DNA of 16,009 nt from Candidatus Diapherotrites archaeon CG08_land_8_20_14_0_20_30_16 (GTDB lineage Archaea; Iainarchaeota; Iainarchaeia; Iainarchaeales; 0-14-0-20-30-16), in assembly GCA_002779075.1 (NCBI GenBank), contig PEXK01000030.1, forward strand, positions 1 to 16,009, read 5' to 3'. The notes below the pieces were generated by a model. The model saw nothing but the letters and a program-made list of their open reading frames with translations, did no database searches and was not told where the DNA came from. Of the stretch, positions 14,082 to 16,009 are shown piece after piece. The position numbers and the translations under genes were made by a program. Within the stretch, counting starts at the first letter, position 1. Each line of letters opens with the position of its first letter.

Positions 14082-15824
14082 ATGGACGCAAAAACATTGA
14101 AAAAGAAGTACATTGATTTCTTCAAAAGCAAAGGACATATTGAGATTCCGTCTGCTTCTTTAGTACCAGAGAATGATCCTACTGTGTTATTCACAACAGC
14201 AGGTATGCATCCTTTGGTGCCTTATTTGATTGGGCAGAAGCACCCTTTGGGTAAAAGATTAGTTAATGTTCAAAGATGCATAAGGACAGCGGATATTGAT
14301 GAAGTAGGTGACACTTATCATCATACTTTTTTTGAAATGTTAGGTAACTGGTCATTAGGGGGTTATTTCAAGAAAGAAGCAATTGAGCTTATTTTTGAAT
14401 TTCACACAAAGATTTTGGGTATATCACCGAAAAGGTACGCAGTTACTGTTTTTAGTGGTAACAAAACTAGTCCTAAAGATATTGAGTCAGAAAATACCTG
14501 GTTGTCTTTAGGGGTACCAAAAGAAAGAATTGCATTTTTGGAAGATAACTGGTGGTGGCCACCAGGCTCAACTGGGCCGTGTGGACCAGATACTGAAATG
14601 TTTTATTGGAAACCTAATGATATTCCCGGCCCAAAAAAATTTGACCCTTCTGATGCAAGATGGGTAGAAATAGGTAATAATGTATTGATGCAATACATAA
14701 AAACAGACAAAGGCCAGCTTTTAGAAGCAAAACAGAAAAATATTGATTTCGGTGGCGGTGTTGAAAGAACTGTCACTGTATTGAGTGGTTTGGAGGATGA
14801 TTATCTTTCTGATACTTTTTTGCCGATAATAAAAAAAATAGAAAATCTATCCAATAAGAAATATATTGGCAATGAAAAAGCAATGCGAATAATAGCAGAT
14901 CACATAAAAGCATCAGTTTTTATTATTGGCGATGGTGTTGTTCCAAGCAATAATGAAAGAGGATATGTTTTAAGAAGATTAATTAGAAGAGCAATAAGAT
15001 TTGGTGTAGAGTTAGGACTAAAACAATTTACTAAATCAATAGGGACTGCTGTTTTTAAAATTTATTCCGATTCAAATTATGATTTTTTGCAAAAAAATAA
15101 ACATCACATATTAACAGAGTTGGAAAAAGAAGAAAATAAATTTACACAAACCCTGCAACAGGGAATTAAGGAATTTAACAAAATAGTAGATAAATGGAAA
15201 GATATAAATGGTGAAGATGCATTTTTGTTATATCAATCTTATGGTTTTCCAATTGAAATGACTATTGAATTAGCAAAAGAAAAAAATATCAAAGTTGATT
15301 TAAATGGTTTTAATGAAGAATATAAAAAACATCAGGAATTATCTCGAACATTATCTGCAGGACAATTTAAATCTGGATTACAAGACAACTCAGATATAAC
15401 AAAAAGGTTGCACACAGCAACTCATTTGTTAAATGAAGCTCTACGTAGAGTTGTATCCAAGGATATTAAACAAAAAGGATCAAATATAACTCCTGAAAGA
15501 TTAAGATTTGATTTCAATCACCACAATGCTTTGACTCAAGATGAAATTAAGGCTGTAGAAGATGAAGTAAATAAAATAATACAGCAGAAATTGACAGTAA
15601 AGAAAGAAGACCTGCCCTTAAAAGAGGCATTAAAGAGTGGTTGCCAAGCAGAATTTAGTATAAAATATCCCGACAAAGTAACAGTTTATTCTATTGGGTC
15701 GTACTCAAAAGAAATTTGCATGGGTCCACATGTTGATAACACCTCTCAATTAGGTTGTTTCAAAATAATAAAAGAAGAATCATCTGCATCAGGAATTCGA
15801 AGAATCAAAGCTGTTTTGGAGTGA
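14082..15824 (+). CDS. alaS: Alanyl-tRNA synthetase, short bacterial-type form (catalytic, tRNA-recognition and editing domains; no C-Ala domain)
   Basis: FFKSKGH, LVPENDPTVLFTTAGM, QRCIRTADIDEVGDTYHHTFFEMLGNWS, GPCGPDTEMFY, VEIGNNVLMQY, GGGVERT. Editing-site motifs HTATHLLNEALR and CMGPHV are present, and the protein ends ...ASGIRRIKAVLE. ATG 14082 is 9 nt after AGGGGT (14067-14072). ATG 14073 (the track start) abuts the SD and is the alternative. Confidence 0.9.
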   Translation: MDAKTLKKKYIDFFKSKGHIEIPSASLVPENDPTVLFTTAGMHPLVPYLIGQKHPLGKRLVNVQRCIRTADIDEVGDTYHHTFFEMLGNWSLGGYFKKEAIELIFEFHTKILGISPKRYAVTVFSGNKTSPKDIESENTWLSLGVPKERIAFLEDNWWWPPGSTGPCGPDTEMFYWKPNDIPGPKKFDPSDARWVEIGNNVLMQYIKTDKGQLLEAKQKNIDFGGGVERTVTVLSGLEDDYLSDTFLPIIKKIENLSNKKYIGNEKAMRIIADHIKASVFIIGDGVVPSNNERGYVLRRLIRRAIRFGVELGLKQFTKSIGTAVFKIYSDSNYDFLQKNKHHILTELEKEENKFTQTLQQGIKEFNKIVDKWKDINGEDAFLLYQSYGFPIEMTIELAKEKNIKVDLNGFNEEYKKHQELSRTLSAGQFKSGLQDNSDITKRLHTATHLLNEALRRVVSKDIKQKGSNITPERLRFDFNHHNALTQDEIKAVEDEVNKIIQQKLTVKKEDLPLKEALKSGCQAEFSIKYPDKVTVYSIGSYSKEICMGPHVDNTSQLGCFKIIKEESSASGIRRIKAVLE

Positions 15825-15827
15825 ATA

Positions 15828-15893
15828 ACTGTTTAACGAAAATAATATAAAAGTATCATTATGGTTAAACAGTCAAATTTTTGAATTAACCAT
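15828..15893 (+). terminator. Two overlapping inverted repeats downstream of alaS (terminator-like hairpin plus T5, with an alternative pairing)
   Basis: actgtttaac (15828-15837) pairs with gttaaacagt (15864-15873), followed by T5 at 15878-15882. atggttaa (15861-15868) pairs with ttaaccat (15886-15893). The two stems share 15864-15868. Confidence 0.35.
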
Positions 15894-15928
15894 ATAATAA
15901 TTTAAAATAGATTCTTTATATATATATT

Positions 15929-16009
15929 ATGCCTGAACCAATTAGACCAAGACAATTCAAACCTAGTTTTAGAGCAGAGCCAAGAATATTATTGCCTCAA
16001 GAATTAAAG
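15929..16009 (+). CDS. 5' end of a gene running off the window (MPEPIRPRQFKPSFRAEPRILLPQELK...)
   Basis: The frame is open from ATG 15929 to the window end. TATA-like atttaaaata is centred about 27 nt upstream, with no SD. The first 12 nt (ATGCCTGAACCA) are identical to the first 12 nt of the 5404..6483 gene. Confidence 0.4.
   Translation, partial: MPEPIRPRQFKPSFRAEPRILLPQELK

Noticed and set aside
1-16009. Search for tRNA, rRNA, CRISPR arrays, transposase/integrase genes or long terminal repeats
   Set aside because: There are no G+C-rich islands of tRNA size in the AT-rich intergenic regions, no regularly spaced direct repeats, and no ORF with recombinase or transposase motifs. The window looks like core chromosome rather than a mobile island.

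Overview
Strongly AT-rich prokaryotic window with compact genes on both strands. It looks most like a small-genome DPANN-type archaeon. The evidence is two genes with archaeal class III (QxSxE) signal peptides, and TATA-like boxes centred about 26-28 nt upstream of several start codons, which suggests leaderless mRNAs. Many other genes carry a GGTGAT-type Shine-Dalgarno, and the AlaRS and Adk are bacterial-type. Housekeeping genes are serS, adk and a short alaS. There is a three-gene ABC-2 transporter (ATPase plus two permeases). A complete AmmeMemoRadiSam set (Memo-like B, radical SAM enzyme, AMMECR1 A) is arranged divergently, with two extra genes in the Memo operon: an M14-like zinc hydrolase and a second small radical SAM protein. 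A plus-strand operon holds two pilin-like genes followed by four very small SD-preceded ORFs, some Pro/Arg-rich. Two larger alpha-helical hypotheticals flank serS, and one needs a -1 shift on an A8 run. A LamG-like/DNRLRE-like gene is split over three reading frames. I saw no tRNA, rRNA, CRISPR array or obvious mobile element. Several ORF-track starts (GTG/TTG) lie inside SD motifs, so I moved them to the downstream ATG. All family assignments come from reading motifs by eye, not from searches.
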